Assembly: GCA_951406725.2 (NCBI GenBank)
Contig: OX597818.1
Location: forward strand, 8,184,001 to 8,248,000
Direction of reading: 5' to 3'
Length of the DNA stretch: 64,000 bases
Origin: Octopus vulgaris
Lineage: Eukaryota
In this document: piece after piece, positions 17,141 through 30,499 of the stretch
How the letters are laid out: each line of letters starts with the position of its first letter
Position numbering within the stretch: the stretch's first letter is position 1
Made by a program: the position numbers and the translations under genes
The notes under the pieces: model-generated
The model's input: the letters and a program-made list of their open reading frames with translations, nothing else
Database searches by the model: none
What the model was told of the DNA's origin: nothing

Positions 17141-17800
17141 AGAATGGTGGGCTGAAAATTTCCTAGGCTGACAAAGAAGTATGATCAAATGTTATTTATA
17201 TTTCCTCGTAGTACCCCTTGCGGTCCACACAAATCTTCCATTGGTGTAGCGTTACTTGAGTGCCGCTGATGGGGAAGCTTTCCTACATCAAAAAAGGGCT
17301 CAACAACCTATTTGACGTCATACCATACTACAATACACTTCTCAGTCAAGGGGTGTTTCACGTTGGGGAACAGATGATAGTCAGATGGGGTAAACTATGG
17401 TGAATAGGAGTCATGGTCAACCAGTTCAATGCCACAGTTACGTACAACAGCCATTGAAACAAAGGATGTTTGCATTGGAGCATTGTCCTGATGAAACGAA
17501 ACATCATCTGTACCTCACCATGATGGCGGGTTACGCTCCATTGATGGTGTAGGCGTTTTGAAAAATATCAATTAACACGATGCTTTTGCATTCCAAAGTT
17601 CTTAGGCCTTCTCCTTCCATTCGGATAAAAAGCATTGTTTGGAACTATATCATCCACCACTTAAAAAGAAAACTACGGTGAGAGAGAGAGAGAGAGAGAG
17701 GGACATGCTGCCGACGGGTTTCTTTATAACCAGATGGATGCAAGTGGCGCACCTGTTGTACTTGTACGTGGTTAACTTGAGCGTGCATCCCTAAGTTTCC
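17141..17800 (-). mobile_element. Decayed mariner (DD34D) transposon, 3' part
   Basis: FHQDNAP, YSP*xxPSDYHLFP and QWKICVDRKGYYE motifs on the minus strand; TIR-like gggctgaaaatttcctaggctgac near 17150. Confidence 0.85.
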
Positions 17801-17999
17801 TATGTGAGAGCAGTATTGGATCGTGGCTCGTGGAGTCTCCATGCCCAACATCCCATTTTTACATTGCCACAATTTTTACATTGCCTACACTTTCCATATA
17901 GTTCCCCTATCCACATATTCCACCCTGTTGTCATGCCTGTATACGACCCCTACTTGTTATTGTCTGTCCTGTATTGTCCATGTATAGCCCGGTGTGGCG

Positions 18000-18268
18000 T
18001 ATAAAAAATTAAATTTCTTGCCGAACAACCAGACAGATAATGTGTTTGTAGTGATGAATTGTTTGAGTACACATAAGGTCCCTCTCTCCATCAAATCGAT
18101 GCTACTTGTACAGGTGCACCGTGTACCACATGTCAAATGACGAAATGCTCGCAGAGCAACGTGAAAAGAAGTGCTTTGCTCAAGAACACAACGCAACGAT
18201 GGGTCTGGGAATAGAACCCACGATCTCGAAATCGTGAGTACAGCGCCCTAACCAGTAAACCATGCGCC

Positions 18269-18272
<4 letters not shown>
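18000..18272 (-). mobile_element. tRNA-derived SINE, diverged
   Basis: Minus head GAAGGCGCATGGTTTACTGGTTAGGGCG ... GGGTTCTATTCCCAG followed by gtgttcttgagcaaagcactt. Confidence 0.75.
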
Positions 18273-18321
<49 letters not shown>

Positions 18322-18410
18322 ATAATTATTAGTGTGTTCAACACAAACACAGATACATATATATGTATAAACATATATATATATATATACATTATATATA
18401 TATCTATTTG

Positions 18411-18446
<36 letters not shown>

Positions 18447-18497
18447 GTATATATACATATATCTATATATATATATGTATGCATATATATATATATG

Positions 18498-18531
<34 letters not shown>

Positions 18532-18534
18532 TAT
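18273..18534. repeat. (TA)n/(TG)n microsatellite complex
   Basis: Direct inspection. Confidence 0.95.
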
Positions 18535-18824
18535 TAGGTTATTGCCGGGTCCAACACAAACAATAAAACAAATTGATCTCCGATGTGATCATACTACATT
18601 TTCCTCGCGATGATTAAGAAAGGAGCTTTTCGATTTTAAGTAGAGAGGTTCTGTCAGTGAAATATTATGCAGTCACCATACAATACCATTACAAATACCA
18701 AAAAGTCTATAAACTATTCAAGAATACTTGGCGTTATAGACAATCAAAAGACAATGCTAGCGGATTGCAGCAGAAAGGATCGTGTATATTATATTAATTT
18801 CAGAGTTTGGAATGTCTTAAATAC

Positions 18825-18917
18825 CGTAGTTTTCAATAAGCTACAGCTTCAACGAATCCAATTATGAAAGCTGCTCCTGAACTTTAGCTACCCTGAGCTT
18901 TATAGTTTTTGAGAGGT
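18825..18917 (-). pseudogene. Candidate 93-bp phase 1/1 pseudo-exon
   Basis: ctctcatttccag acceptor, gtattt donor; DLSKTIKLRVAKVQEQLS*LDSLKL*LIENY, with two stops each one C>T away from Gln. Confidence 0.25.
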
Positions 18918-19404
18918 CTGGAAATGAGAGAATGTTATTATCATTTTAGAAACTCCAACTTCAAGAAGGAAAAAAATATTGTTAGCATAGATCTAAAGCT
19001 GTACAGCTGGGATACTAGTTAATCGAATAAATTTAACATATACTTTATCAACCTTGGATGATGTAATGTAAAGCCAACTTCTTCGGAAATTGAATGTAAA
19101 AAGTCTTAAGTAAATATTGCAAGAAATTTCTTCCAATGTTCTCTAAGTATCCCAACTAAATTATTTAAAGTGATTATGACAAGTTTAGAATGAGTCAATG
19201 CTTTAATCTACGTCATCATTTTTGCAGTTGTTTGCGAACCCTGGTTGAGTATACATAGAGTAAATATAATGGAACTTTCTACGACTTGTATGTTAGTGAT
19301 ATGCAAGTCGGCATTATCTAGACACTTCTGTTTCAATATAATTCTGTGTGAGTGGAAGAAAATATTGCTATCATATATAGTTTCAGGGCTATCATATATT
19401 CTCT

Positions 19405-19589
19405 TTTACTCTCTTTTACTCTTTTACATATTTCAGTCATTTGACTGTGGCCATGCTGGAACAGGTCTTATTCTTTGTAAGCCTAGTACTTATTCTATCG
19501 GTCTCTTTTGCCGAACCGCTAAGTTACGGGGACGTAAGCACACCACCATCGTTTGTCAAGCGATGTTGGGGGACAAACACAGACACACA

Positions 19590-19629
<40 letters not shown>

Positions 19630-19795
19630 TACGACGGGCTTCTTTCAGTTTCCGTCAACCAAATCCACTCACAAGGCTTTGGTAGGCCCGAGGCTATAGC
19701 AGAAGACACTTGCCCAATATGTTACGCAGTGCGACTGAACCCGGAACCATGTGGTTGGTAAGCAAGCTATTTACCACACATCCACTCCTGCGCCT
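19405..19795 (-). mobile_element. tRNA-derived SINE (family A)
   Basis: Reverse complement of the 7735-8140 copy, with a small deletion. Confidence 0.88.
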
Positions 19796-20346
19796 CAGTA
19801 TATAATTAAGGAATGTCATTGTTTCTCCGGAAAGCTCACTCACGTAACTTCGTGTTGTCTGGTTTGGTGAACTCCTGACCCAGGACTATATGAATACCAT
19901 TTTTTTCACGCATATACTTAAGTAACAATGCTTAGGATATTCGCCGTCATATTGTTGCGCTACCTGCATGATATATCAACCAAATTTCGCATGACTGATA
20001 CAGTTAATATAATAATAAATATACTAAACATAAATGGTATTTTTTGAAATTCCTTCGATCACAATACTAATTAATCAGGACAAACTTTGGGCTAAACAAC
20101 AATAGTAATTATATGTAATTAAACTAGAGTGGATGCTTTGTAAAATATATGTAAAACTAGTGTTAGACAAAGCCAATTTATACTTTATATGGATGTATGT
20201 GATAGATATTGATTTTTATGGAAAGCGCTATATCTCAGTTTTATTGAATGGCATAAAATGAAGGTCGGGATTTTCAAAAACGAAATGGCCAATAGTGAAG
20301 AGAAGTGTCTACTAATATGAAATAAAATCTTGTGCACAAATCTTAC

Positions 20347-20410
20347 CAAGAGTTTCCAGCCGCTCTATATTTTTCATGAACTCTAGGAATTTGTACGAAT
20401 AACTTTGAAA
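20347..20410 (-). CDS. Candidate 64-bp host exon
   Basis: aatttcag acceptor, GTAAGA donor; FQSYSYKFLEFMKNIERLETL. Confidence 0.3.
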
Positions 20411-21380
20411 CTGAAATTACTTATCAGACTTCGGAATGATATGTTAATTTTCTTGTTGTGGTATCTTATGTTATATAACTCAGAATTAACATTTATATTA
20501 ACTCTAACAAAGCAATACATTGAATACATATATTTCAAGCCGACAATATTTCATAAACCCATCATAACTGCATACAAATAAAGTTAAGCATTTAATATTC
20601 ACAAAATACACCGCTGAGCATAACAAAAATAAAATCGGCAATATTTTGAATTGGAAACATTTCATTCATTTTGTGATGAAATGACAATACCGAAAATGAT
20701 ATGGTCTATGACAGGAAATGGTAAAATTCCTATTAAATTCTAAGAAGAGTAGATTTCCTTTGAATAGCACACAAGTGTCGGCCAAACAATAGAATTCATA
20801 TCTAGATACTAGAATGATAGATAACTGAAATTTTAAAGAATAAAACACTAGATTTAGATTAACATTTTATTTTGAAATGTTTCAATATAGTGTTTACTGG
20901 CAATTTATATATATATATGTATATGCATGCATACATGTATATTTGAGAAGAGAATCTTGTGTAAAATATAATCAACAATGTGAGCATCTATGATGTTTAG
21001 AAAAAAATAAATATGCGTTAATAATAAAGACAGTGAGACAATTAAGTATACAAAATTCCGTACATATACATACATATTTACACGCAAATTCAATAAATAT
21101 TGAAGCAATGTTCTATAGATAATATATCACAATTTAAATTAAAATCTAACATTATTCAACTAAGCTTACGATTCAAGTTAATACTTAATTGATACACATA
21201 TAGCATAGTGAATAGAGAACACAGTCAACGAAAAGACGACATACCGGATAAGACTCTAATAATTGAACAACTAGAGAAATCACAGAGTTAAAACAATTTG
21301 CATTGGTGTGCGGTGAATTTACACGCAAAGATTTGCATGGAGATCTGTTCAGTTGTCTAATAGATGGTTATTAAATCACC

Positions 21381-21499
<119 letters not shown>

Positions 21500-21509
21500 T
21501 ATATTTCAA

Positions 21510-22566
21510 TACGGAGCAAATAATTCACGAAAAAAATACATTGCAAAATACCCTGATGATAACTACAGAAATCAACCGTCCGAAGTCAAAATGACAAAGA
21601 CAATCTCTCAGTATACATTCAAGTATTTGGCCTCACGTGGATCGGTTTCTGGATTAGTATAATAGCCTGACCTTCCTCAGCACGCATTACCATGATAAAG
21701 AGCACCTAACACGTCAACTGATACGTTTTGCGTCGAGTCTTGGGAGCAAAGAATTCACGACAAAAATAATTCACGAAAGAGTAATTTGCGTAGATATCAT
21801 TGACTCTATTATTGTCTAGTATAACAATTTAAAAATGGTAATAACAGAATCAATAATATAGACGATTGCAGGCACCAAAAAGCATTAAATAGCTGAAGGA
21901 TTAAAATTAACGAAGGGATGTCCTAGGTATGTATACCTGCTGGAAATAACAGTAAAAACTCTTATATAAATCACCAAAATATACTGATGAAAACTACAGA
22001 AATCAACCATTCGATGACAAATGGACTCAGTTAATCTATCAGCATACATTCAAGTATTTAGACCCACGTGAACCAGTTTCTGGACTGCCATAATAGCCTC
22101 ACCTACTTCCGCATATGTTACCACGATAGAGAGCCACAACCCGTTATGTTGAAGTTTGCGCTACAACTGATTCGATTTGCGCCGAATCTTGGCAGCTACC
22201 AATGTGAACATAATTTGAATACAGAACAAATATTTCTCTAGAAAAATAATTAACGAAAAAATAAGTTGCGAAGATATCATTGATTCTATTATTATCTAGT
22301 GTAACAATTAAAAAACGATAACAGAAGCAATCATATAGGCGATTGCAAGCCACCCCCGCAATGCATTAAATAGCTGAATGATTAACATTAATCAAAGGAT
22401 ATAAGAAGTATGTCTACTTATAACAGCTAAAACACTTATATAAATCGGCAAAATACAGATAATAACTACAGAAATCAACACTCCGAAGTCAAACGGGCTA
22501 AGACAATATTATCTCAGCATACGTTCAAGTATTTGGCCTCACGTGGACCGATACGTGAGGCCAAAA
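21510..22566 (-). repeat. Diverged tandem repeat (~430-475 bp unit, ~2.3 copies) carrying one hammerhead motif per unit (retrozyme-like)
   Basis: Landmark caagtattt..cacgtg recurs at ~21635, 22066 and 22541; aactacagaaatcaac recurs three times. Confidence 0.8.
21635..21685 (-). ncRNA. Type I hammerhead ribozyme motif
   Basis: GCGUG-CUGAGGA-aggucaggcuauuauacuaaucca-GAAA-CCGA-UC-CACGU; stem I pairs; stem III has one mismatch (copy 3 keeps CGG-UC-CACGU). Confidence 0.75.
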
Positions 22567-22589
22567 ACAAGTAATAATTATAATTAAAA

Positions 22590-25500
22590 AAATCAGTCCT
22601 TATCCGTTTCACTCGCGTCAATCACACAACCTCTTTCGCTATAGCCACTAAGCAGATAAAAGCTGCCTGCCTTTCCCGGTAGGCGGAACACTCTTAATTA
22701 TAGACTCACTGGACAACTGAGTTCCTCCCAGATGCGATGTAGCGAGAGAACCTGACAGTACTCTGCTTGGCAAGCACCCAACCTAGGTCTACGCATGATC
22801 CATGAGTTCAATTCGCTAAACTGTGTAACTGTGGGAAGACGAGTTTGATGAAGGGCGGCCACACCTGTTCCCTGTCTAGGTGGAGTGGAGCAGCCTCGGC
22901 CTTAGCGTATGTCTGTACATTTTCCGCCAAGGCATGTCAAGCCCTCCATTTAACGGTAGTTGACAGTAGATAGATCGTCTGACCAGCGGACATCAACCCT
23001 TCCACAAAAAGTAGAAAATAGGTACTGCAACTTGACAAGACACGAATCCGGGCAAGGCAAGACGGTTAGGCGGTAAATGATGACTGATACGATAAACACA
23101 TTCGCCAACTCCGACAGCCCTTTCAGGGACAGTTTACTCTCAGCCAATTTCTAGATGAGATTGGCCACCCTGCTCGGTATCTGAACCCAGTTTCTCTCTA
23201 TATGGAGTCTGGTCCGAACCAGTCCCCGAGCAGTTGCTGGGAGGCATCGACCTACCTCTCCAGGTACCGAACTGCAGGCTAACTGGCTTTTCACGATTTA
23301 GTTTTCTTCCCGTTACCGCTTTGTACTCCCTTATGGCACCACCTACTAGATGTACAATGCAGATTAAATGTTACTGTATAAGTCGGTGATCAAACCACGG
23401 AAGTCCGTGCCTAACCCGGCCGCTTCGAGTGATACCACCAGATAGCAATGGCCAACACTATCGAACAGTTTTCGCTGATCCAAATATATCAGTATCTCTG
23501 GATATCAGGAATATTAATCACCCTGTCTGCGGTGTAGAACATGAAGTGGAGGTTGTTGTGGATAGTCCTGTTTAGGATAGCGCATACTTGCGTGAACCTC
23601 TTAGCACTTTGGGCAAAAGTGCCAGCTCTGCATTGAACAGAGTAATGGGCTCAACATCCCCTTTGTTTGAGTCCTTCTTTAGCAACAGCACGGTCCCCTT
23701 ACACCTAGAAATAGGGCTGCTTCTGTTCTGTTGGTAGCTGCCATAAATGCTTGTCAGCAGGTTACCAAACAAGCCTGGCATATTGTAGTAGAATTCGCAG
23801 GACAGCACATCCAGACTCGGACACTTGCCCACGACTCATCCTGATAGGGTGTATTCCACCTCCACGGCTGAGATCGGCCTTTCACAGAACCCCAGCCCTC
23901 GCGCCGAGAGTCGTGGCAGTCTAACCAGGATGTTGTCCGAGAAGTCCATGCTGCCTCTAGACGTCTTAAGTAGTCTGATTGACCCGTACCATTTAGCGCA
24001 TAGAGACCGACCAGTCTCAACGTACTACCACTAATTGGGTCACGTCAAGGACGACCAGCCTAACTACTGTGTCCACAAAGATCGTTCTAATCTCTAAGAC
24101 AAGATTTTTTCTGAACGAGACCACAGTTCCCCTTCTGCCCCACCTCTGGTCTGGAATTGAAATGCATAAATCTCGTAACCATCGAGGAAGTGAAGGAAAG
24201 CCTGCAGCTCGGTGTGTCTGGTTTCGCTGGTGACTATCACATCCAAATTCAATGACCTGAAATCATTTAGCAAGTAACCCTGCTTCCAGTTCGATCCCAG
24301 GCCATGCATATTCACACTGCCAAGCTTGAGCGAAAACATGACGGGAGAGAGAAAAGAGAGTCCAATTACATGGTGCATTCTGTGTGTGTGTGTGTGGTAG
24401 GTGAAGGTCTATCCCCACGCCCAGTGTGGCTTGTGGGGTGTCCTTGATTAAATTAAGGAACAAGTGTTTCTTGAATGTTTATTCAAGAATTCCAATGTAA
24501 TTAGGGAAGATATCTTTTATATCCATATAAGTATGGTTAACAATGTAAATGAACTGTACGTGAGCAGCAACTGTGGGGGGGGGGCTGAAGAGGGTGCGAT
24601 GAATGGGGTGATGAGGGTGTGTGTCATTGGTGTTGATAGATGTGATGTTGATGATAGTGTCTAGTGATTGTGGTGCTGGTGTTTGTGATGCTTGTATACG
24701 TGTGAGGTGTATGCGTGCAGTCAGATGTGTATCTGTCTTGCGGAGTGGAGTTGGAGAAGTGTTTTTACGCTTTCTTTTTTTCACGACTTCCTTCCATTCG
24801 GAATAATTTAGATCTTTAGTAGGGTCATCTTGGGTGTGTTGCAGTTTCATTGTCTTGCTCTCACTATCGGGGTCTGGTTCTAAATGATTTATGCTCCCTT
24901 GGCTGCTTCTTTCACTTTCGCACCTGCGGCTGGGCCCATTGTGGGTTTTGCGAGGACGGTTTTGTTGGCCTTGGCCCCAGCTTGATCGTTTAGATTTAGC
25001 TGTAGGTGATTGTTTGGTGGAAGCGACCCATTGCTGCGGATTTTTGTGGGCAGCAGACACTAATATGATTTTTTACCCACAGTTATAGCATCTGCGTCTA
25101 TGTCCCTCCACCATGAAACATAATGCTGTTCTATCGGGAAGTTTTATAATGTCCGGGATTTGTTCTAGATCCTGTTGAGCTGTCTGGATAAGAATCTCTA
25201 GGCCTTGGTCCCAGTAGTTTTGATGGTGTGGCATGGTGATTTGCAGTATTGTGACGCTGATTTCTAGGTACAGTAAGGCATCAGCCACAAGCCATACTAC
25301 CTCAATTTTGGTGGGACATCCCTTATTTTTATTTTTGGTGTTCGTCTTCCCAGGTACGTCGGTAGCAGTATTAAATTAGTTGATTTATTAACATTGTGGA
25401 GTGTCGTTTTGTTTCTTCTTCAGACCCGAATCTTACCTCCATATGACCGTACTTTTTCCTCGTACACATATGTAGTTTTGCCTCATAGGGGCTGAAGGCT

Positions 25501-25900
25501 TTTTGAATACTTTCTTTTGGAATGTGTTCCAAATTTTTGGTTTTAAGTGATAGAGTTTTAAAGATTATTGTTTTCCTCATGGTTTGTTGTATTTTTCGCC
25601 GGTGGTGGTAGTGGGGGTGAGCTTGACAGCGTTGCCTTCCGCGTACATTTATATTTTTTGGGTCTCTGGTATTTACAAATATAATTTCCTGGTTTATAGT
25701 TGCTACTGACGCGAAACCACGTTTGTTGCTGTTCAAGGTTTAATCATTAAAATACTTTCCCTGGCTACATGTCTCCTTGTTTTTATCTGCGCTGCGTTTG
25801 GCTTCTATGTCAAAGTTTACTTATCTTTTTTGTTGATTTTGCCTTGATAGATCTCTTCGCCAGGAAGAAGTGGGGAAACGTCTTTGTAGCAATAATTTAA
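22590..25900 (-). mobile_element. Decayed L1/Tx1-clade LINE with ORF1 and internally deleted ORF2
   Basis: ORF1 pieces 25736-24479 with a CYNCG knuckle; APE start LKLGSVNMHGL...DVIVTSETR (24378-24094); GKCPSLDVLSCEFY, PITLFNAE, KLSLKGLSELANVFIVSVIIYRL homologous to 8590-9610. Confidence 0.88.
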
Positions 25901-26149
25901 TGGTGTGTAGTCTCTAATTTCAACTGGTGAAATATATATTTTGTTACAAATAGGACAACTCTTTTCGTGGTGGAGTGTGTAGGCGGATCCGACAGTCTTT
26001 ATGGTTTCGCTTGTCTTCAGATGAAATCAAGTAAACTGAAACATGATCCCCCATTCTGATTTAGTTGCATCTACAATCAATGAATGCGATGTTCAATATT
26101 TTATGAAGGAACAGTTTGAATTTAATGCTGTTACTATTAGTGGTGGTGA

Positions 26150-26370
26150 AGGCGGTGAGCGTGCAGAATCGTTAGCACGCAGTGCCAAATGCTTAGCGTT
26201 ATTTCGTCTGTCTTTACATTCTTAGTTCAAATTCCACCAGGGTTAACTTCGTCTTCTATCCTCTCGGAATCGATCAAATTAATACCTGTCGATCATCGGG
26301 GTCGATGTAAACCACTAGTCCCCTCCAACGAAATTTCAAGCCGTGTGCCTATACAGGAAAGGATTATTAG
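26150..26370 (+). mobile_element. Short SINE (family C, Nin-like central domain)
   Basis: GGCGGTGAGC.GCAGAATCGTTAGCAC head, GTTCAAATTCC B box, ctatcctctcggaatcgatcaaattaatacc core. Confidence 0.75.
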
Positions 26371-29194
26371 AGGTGGTGATGATAGTGTTGGTAGTTGACG
26401 TAGAAAATATCGTGTAGTAGTGTCAGTTTACGTGTTGTTCGTGCTACTTGTGATTTTGTTGATGGTGGACTGGTTTAATTTTGTTGTGGATGTCATTGAG
26501 GTGGTATCGGTGATACTGGTAATAAGCTTTTTGGTTAGAATTTTAAATACGTTGTGGTGGTTGCGCTTGTGGTAGTAGGGATTTTTGTTGTGATGGGTGA
26601 TAGTAGTTTGCTAATGGTTTATGCGTTAATGGTTTTAAACGTGATGATGTTCATCATCGCCATTTGCATGTTTACCTTCTTATGTTTCACAGATGCATAA
26701 TTTTAAGCAAGTCTACAAAACCGCCATTCCTCCCATCCCCGTTAGTTGTCTCTCGCGTTACAACTTTTCAGTCGTTAACTCCGCTCCATAACGTAACAAA
26801 CCCCATTATTTTGTTTATTGGCTTACTCTAAATTTGCTGTCATTTACTAGCAAGGTCAAAAGCCTGCCTTCCCTAATTACATACCACTTTTACTTAAATT
26901 TGCATTCTTGGAAACGTCACTTAATACCGTTGAGTAATTTCTAAGCCGAAATGCTAAATTTCCTGGATTCATTTCTTACAGAAATACTCATAACATTTTG
27001 GAAAATTCATATTTACAACATTATTGTCACTATACACGATCAGTAAAACCAGTTACATAGTGTTTTCTCAAGAATTAAACCGAATGCTATTGGAGTTTCT
27101 TAAAGCGTTTACATTTGATTCACAAGTTGTGGTATAGAACCTCACAAATTTTATTTTCTATTTGATTAATCAAACTTACGTTTAAACTTCTTAAAAGTTT
27201 AATATAACAATAACTGTTGGATGTTATTATACAATAATACACTCAAAAATAATGCACAAATTCAAACAAAATTTTGTAATCTTGTTTCCAGCATTCTAAG
27301 TACAAGCACCACTAGATTACAATCCTAATATATTTAGACATATAAATACACACATAGATACAAAAGAACATTCATAAATACAGACTCATACTGACACACT
27401 TACATTTACAAACACACACACATATACATACATGTACTCACATATATATACATAAATATATGTGTCTGCGCGTATGTGCCAGTGTATAGGAATGCATGCA
27501 TTTATATAAATGTATATGGAAATATTTTTCTACATTAAATATTATATTTCAACTTTAATTTAAAATAATCAAATTTATATTGCAAAAAATACTATTATAT
27601 TTTCTCTAAGAATAAATATCAGGTGTGTGATGCAATGCTTTATTTTTACTGTCAATGCAATATTTATGTCACATCACAAATAATTCTGCTAATATGTTTG
27701 TGTTTATATAAACTCAAGTTAATGATATATGAATGCTAGTTTTCCAGTAATACATAGCATAAAGAGTTTGTCATGAAATTAATATCATCAATAATTTGTT
27801 TGAGATTTAAAATATAATTATCTCAACTAATTGATTATTTTGTGTTCCCTTTTATTATTTAATATCTATTTTTCTGTTTTCATTTTTGTTATAGTTTTGC
27901 ATTTTTCAATTATTTAAAAAAAATTAATAATTCTAACGCGAACAACCTTTGCTTTGTATAGTTATCAATATATGACATCAAATACACCGAAATGCCATAT
28001 TTCGAAGGCAATTTCTTCTTTTAAGTGAATTTTAATGATATTGTCATCTTATTTACGAACCAGTAAGAGTTTAATGAAAGATGTTTATGAAAACATGAAA
28101 GAAATACTACTCTGTATACAAATAATCATTAAAGAAAAGAAGCCTAACAGAAACAGAAAGCAAAATTAATTTAGGATTTGGAATGTATATTCGTATACAC
28201 ACATACACATATGTATGTATGTGTAATGTGCATACAGTATCTCACTGAGAAAAGATAATTTCCATTCGAATCTATTTTACTGCGTCTCAAAACACTGTAA
28301 AATACAAAATATAAAAATGTATTTTAGTGAAGCTATATGAAACAGTGTAACGAATGTATTGTTATAACATTTAGTTATAACATTTAGTTTCTGGAGGATG
28401 GAAAATGATAACATGTTTTATGTTGTGTTGTAATGCGGTAAATATGACAATAACAGTTATATTTTGACTGTAATGTGTTATATCAATAAATTGCGGTACT
28501 TTGAAAGTAGTCGGGGTACAATGTTACTTACAGGTGATGTAATAGAGGAATGCATGTTTAGTATTTAGAAATATAGCAGCATATATCATGTGATATGCTG
28601 ATAATATTGTGGTAATATTATGTTCAAAGCAATCATACTTATGGCGTAATAGAGCAACGATTTCGTAAAAAATATGTATCGCTTTCTGTCATACACTATT
28701 TCTGATAATATTCTAAATGCATTCAAATAATTGCATGGCATAAAATATTAGTCTAACAAAGAAGAAATATATTGTATGGCATTATTTTGATTGAAATCAA
28801 TAAGCAAGATTTGTCACCGAAAGTCAGAAAATATAATTCTTTCAGTTAAGAGTCAGCTATTAACAAACGTCCATAAGCTATTACTTTACAAAATGAACAG
28901 AACCAAACACTAAAGCACATCAACAAAAGTAGCATACATTCGTACACTGTGCATATAATGCAGACTCACCATCAATTTTTACTCATTCAAGTAAAATCAT
29001 ACAATATATAAAAAAAAACAGGGGTCGTAAAAAGCACTACCTACCATAAATACACACCTTATACTCCGCTAACCTTAGCCAGACATCACCCATAATATCA
29101 TTATTCAATTGCAGCCTATTCCAAATTAGTTTAAAAAACTATACAGTATACTGATATACCCAAAATTTGTAAACAAAAACAAGGTCAGTAAATT

Positions 29195-29380
29195 CAGGGT
29201 TGTGTTGTTAGTCAAATACATCGACTTCAGTACTACACTTGTAATTAATTTATGGATCCCAAAGAGATGAAAGGTAGCGCCGGTCACAGTGCAATTTGAA
29301 CTCAGAAAGTAAAGACGGACGATATGCCGCTAAGTATTTCGCGCGGTGTGTCAATGATTCTGCTATCTCGTCGTCTTAAA
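29195..29380 (-). mobile_element. SINE family C
   Basis: Reverse complement of the 26150 and 42423 copies. Confidence 0.75.
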
Positions 29381-29399
29381 ACACTTTCAGTGACTAAGA

Positions 29400-29615
29400 C
29401 AGTGACCTAGCAGAATCGTTAGCACACCGAGTGAAATCATCAGCGCTTACTCATCTGTTATTCGGTTCTCATTTCACATTCCGCCGAGACTGACTTTCCC
29501 TTACAACCTTTCGAAATTGATAAAATAAGAAGTAGATGATCACTGGGGTCGATTTAATTGTATTAGCCCCTCCCGTAAACCTGCTAGGCTTATGCCAAAA
29601 TTGGAAACCAATATT
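29400..29615 (+). mobile_element. SINE family C, head-to-head with the preceding copy
   Basis: agcagaatcgttagcac ... cctttcgaaattgataaaataag ... ctggggtcgat. Confidence 0.72.
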
Positions 29616-30382
29616 AACATAAGAACATTTTTACTTTAAATCAATCTCTTCCTAGAGCTCTTCCTAAAATAATAAATTTAATTACGACAGTAACATAAGT
29701 AATTTCTTTAAACATTATTAAGAAATTAATGATTTATTAGATCGTAATATATGAATCTGGATACTATAATGCTTATTAATTTTTTCTAACACCTTAAAAA
29801 AATCGATCCTGCGGGAGTATCACTACATGGTTCCTTAAACAGCAAGAAATATTAACAATTACTGGATCGATTTATACCCTACTATCTCAAATAATGAAGG
29901 TCATATGAGAAAATATAGTTATAATTTAAAACTTATATAAATTTATAAAGACTTAGACGCAACAGGGTTTAGAGCCCATTTGCTATTTTAGCTCTTGGTA
30001 TTCAAAAAGCTTATGAAATCATTATTGAATCACCTTTGGTTATACATCGCCTCAATCTAACGGCAACTTAGGTTGAACAACAAAGAAATAATATAAAAAT
30101 GAGTACCAGTGCTCCAACATTATAGATAGATTAGGCAAATCTCACAATTCATGCTTCATTGTCTTTGACAGTTGTAGCCATTAGGCTCTATGTAACATGC
30201 AAGAAATAAAATAGTCAGATCTGTAATGACTTGCTAATATTTGGCACAAAACTGTAACATATTCACACTAGATAAGGTAAAGATGAATATCAAAGTTTGA
30301 GCGATAGTCAGTGAATGGAGCCGTCTGGTTTCAATCGTCCATAGTTGAACAAACCTAAATTCAAAAACGTTCCGAAGTTCAG

Positions 30383-30428
<46 letters not shown>

Positions 30429-30499
30429 AGGTCTATATTATTGTAAGTGTATATTTTTATAATGCCAACCTGATTTGCTTACATGGAGATATTTTTTCA

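Noticed and set aside
17488-17510. CTGATGAAACGAAAC
   Set aside because: Antisense of the mariner FHQDNA codons; stems do not pair
21553-21590. Plus-strand CTGATGA...GAAA in the tandem repeat (also ~21984)
   Set aside because: No convincing stems I-III; the real motif is on the minus strand
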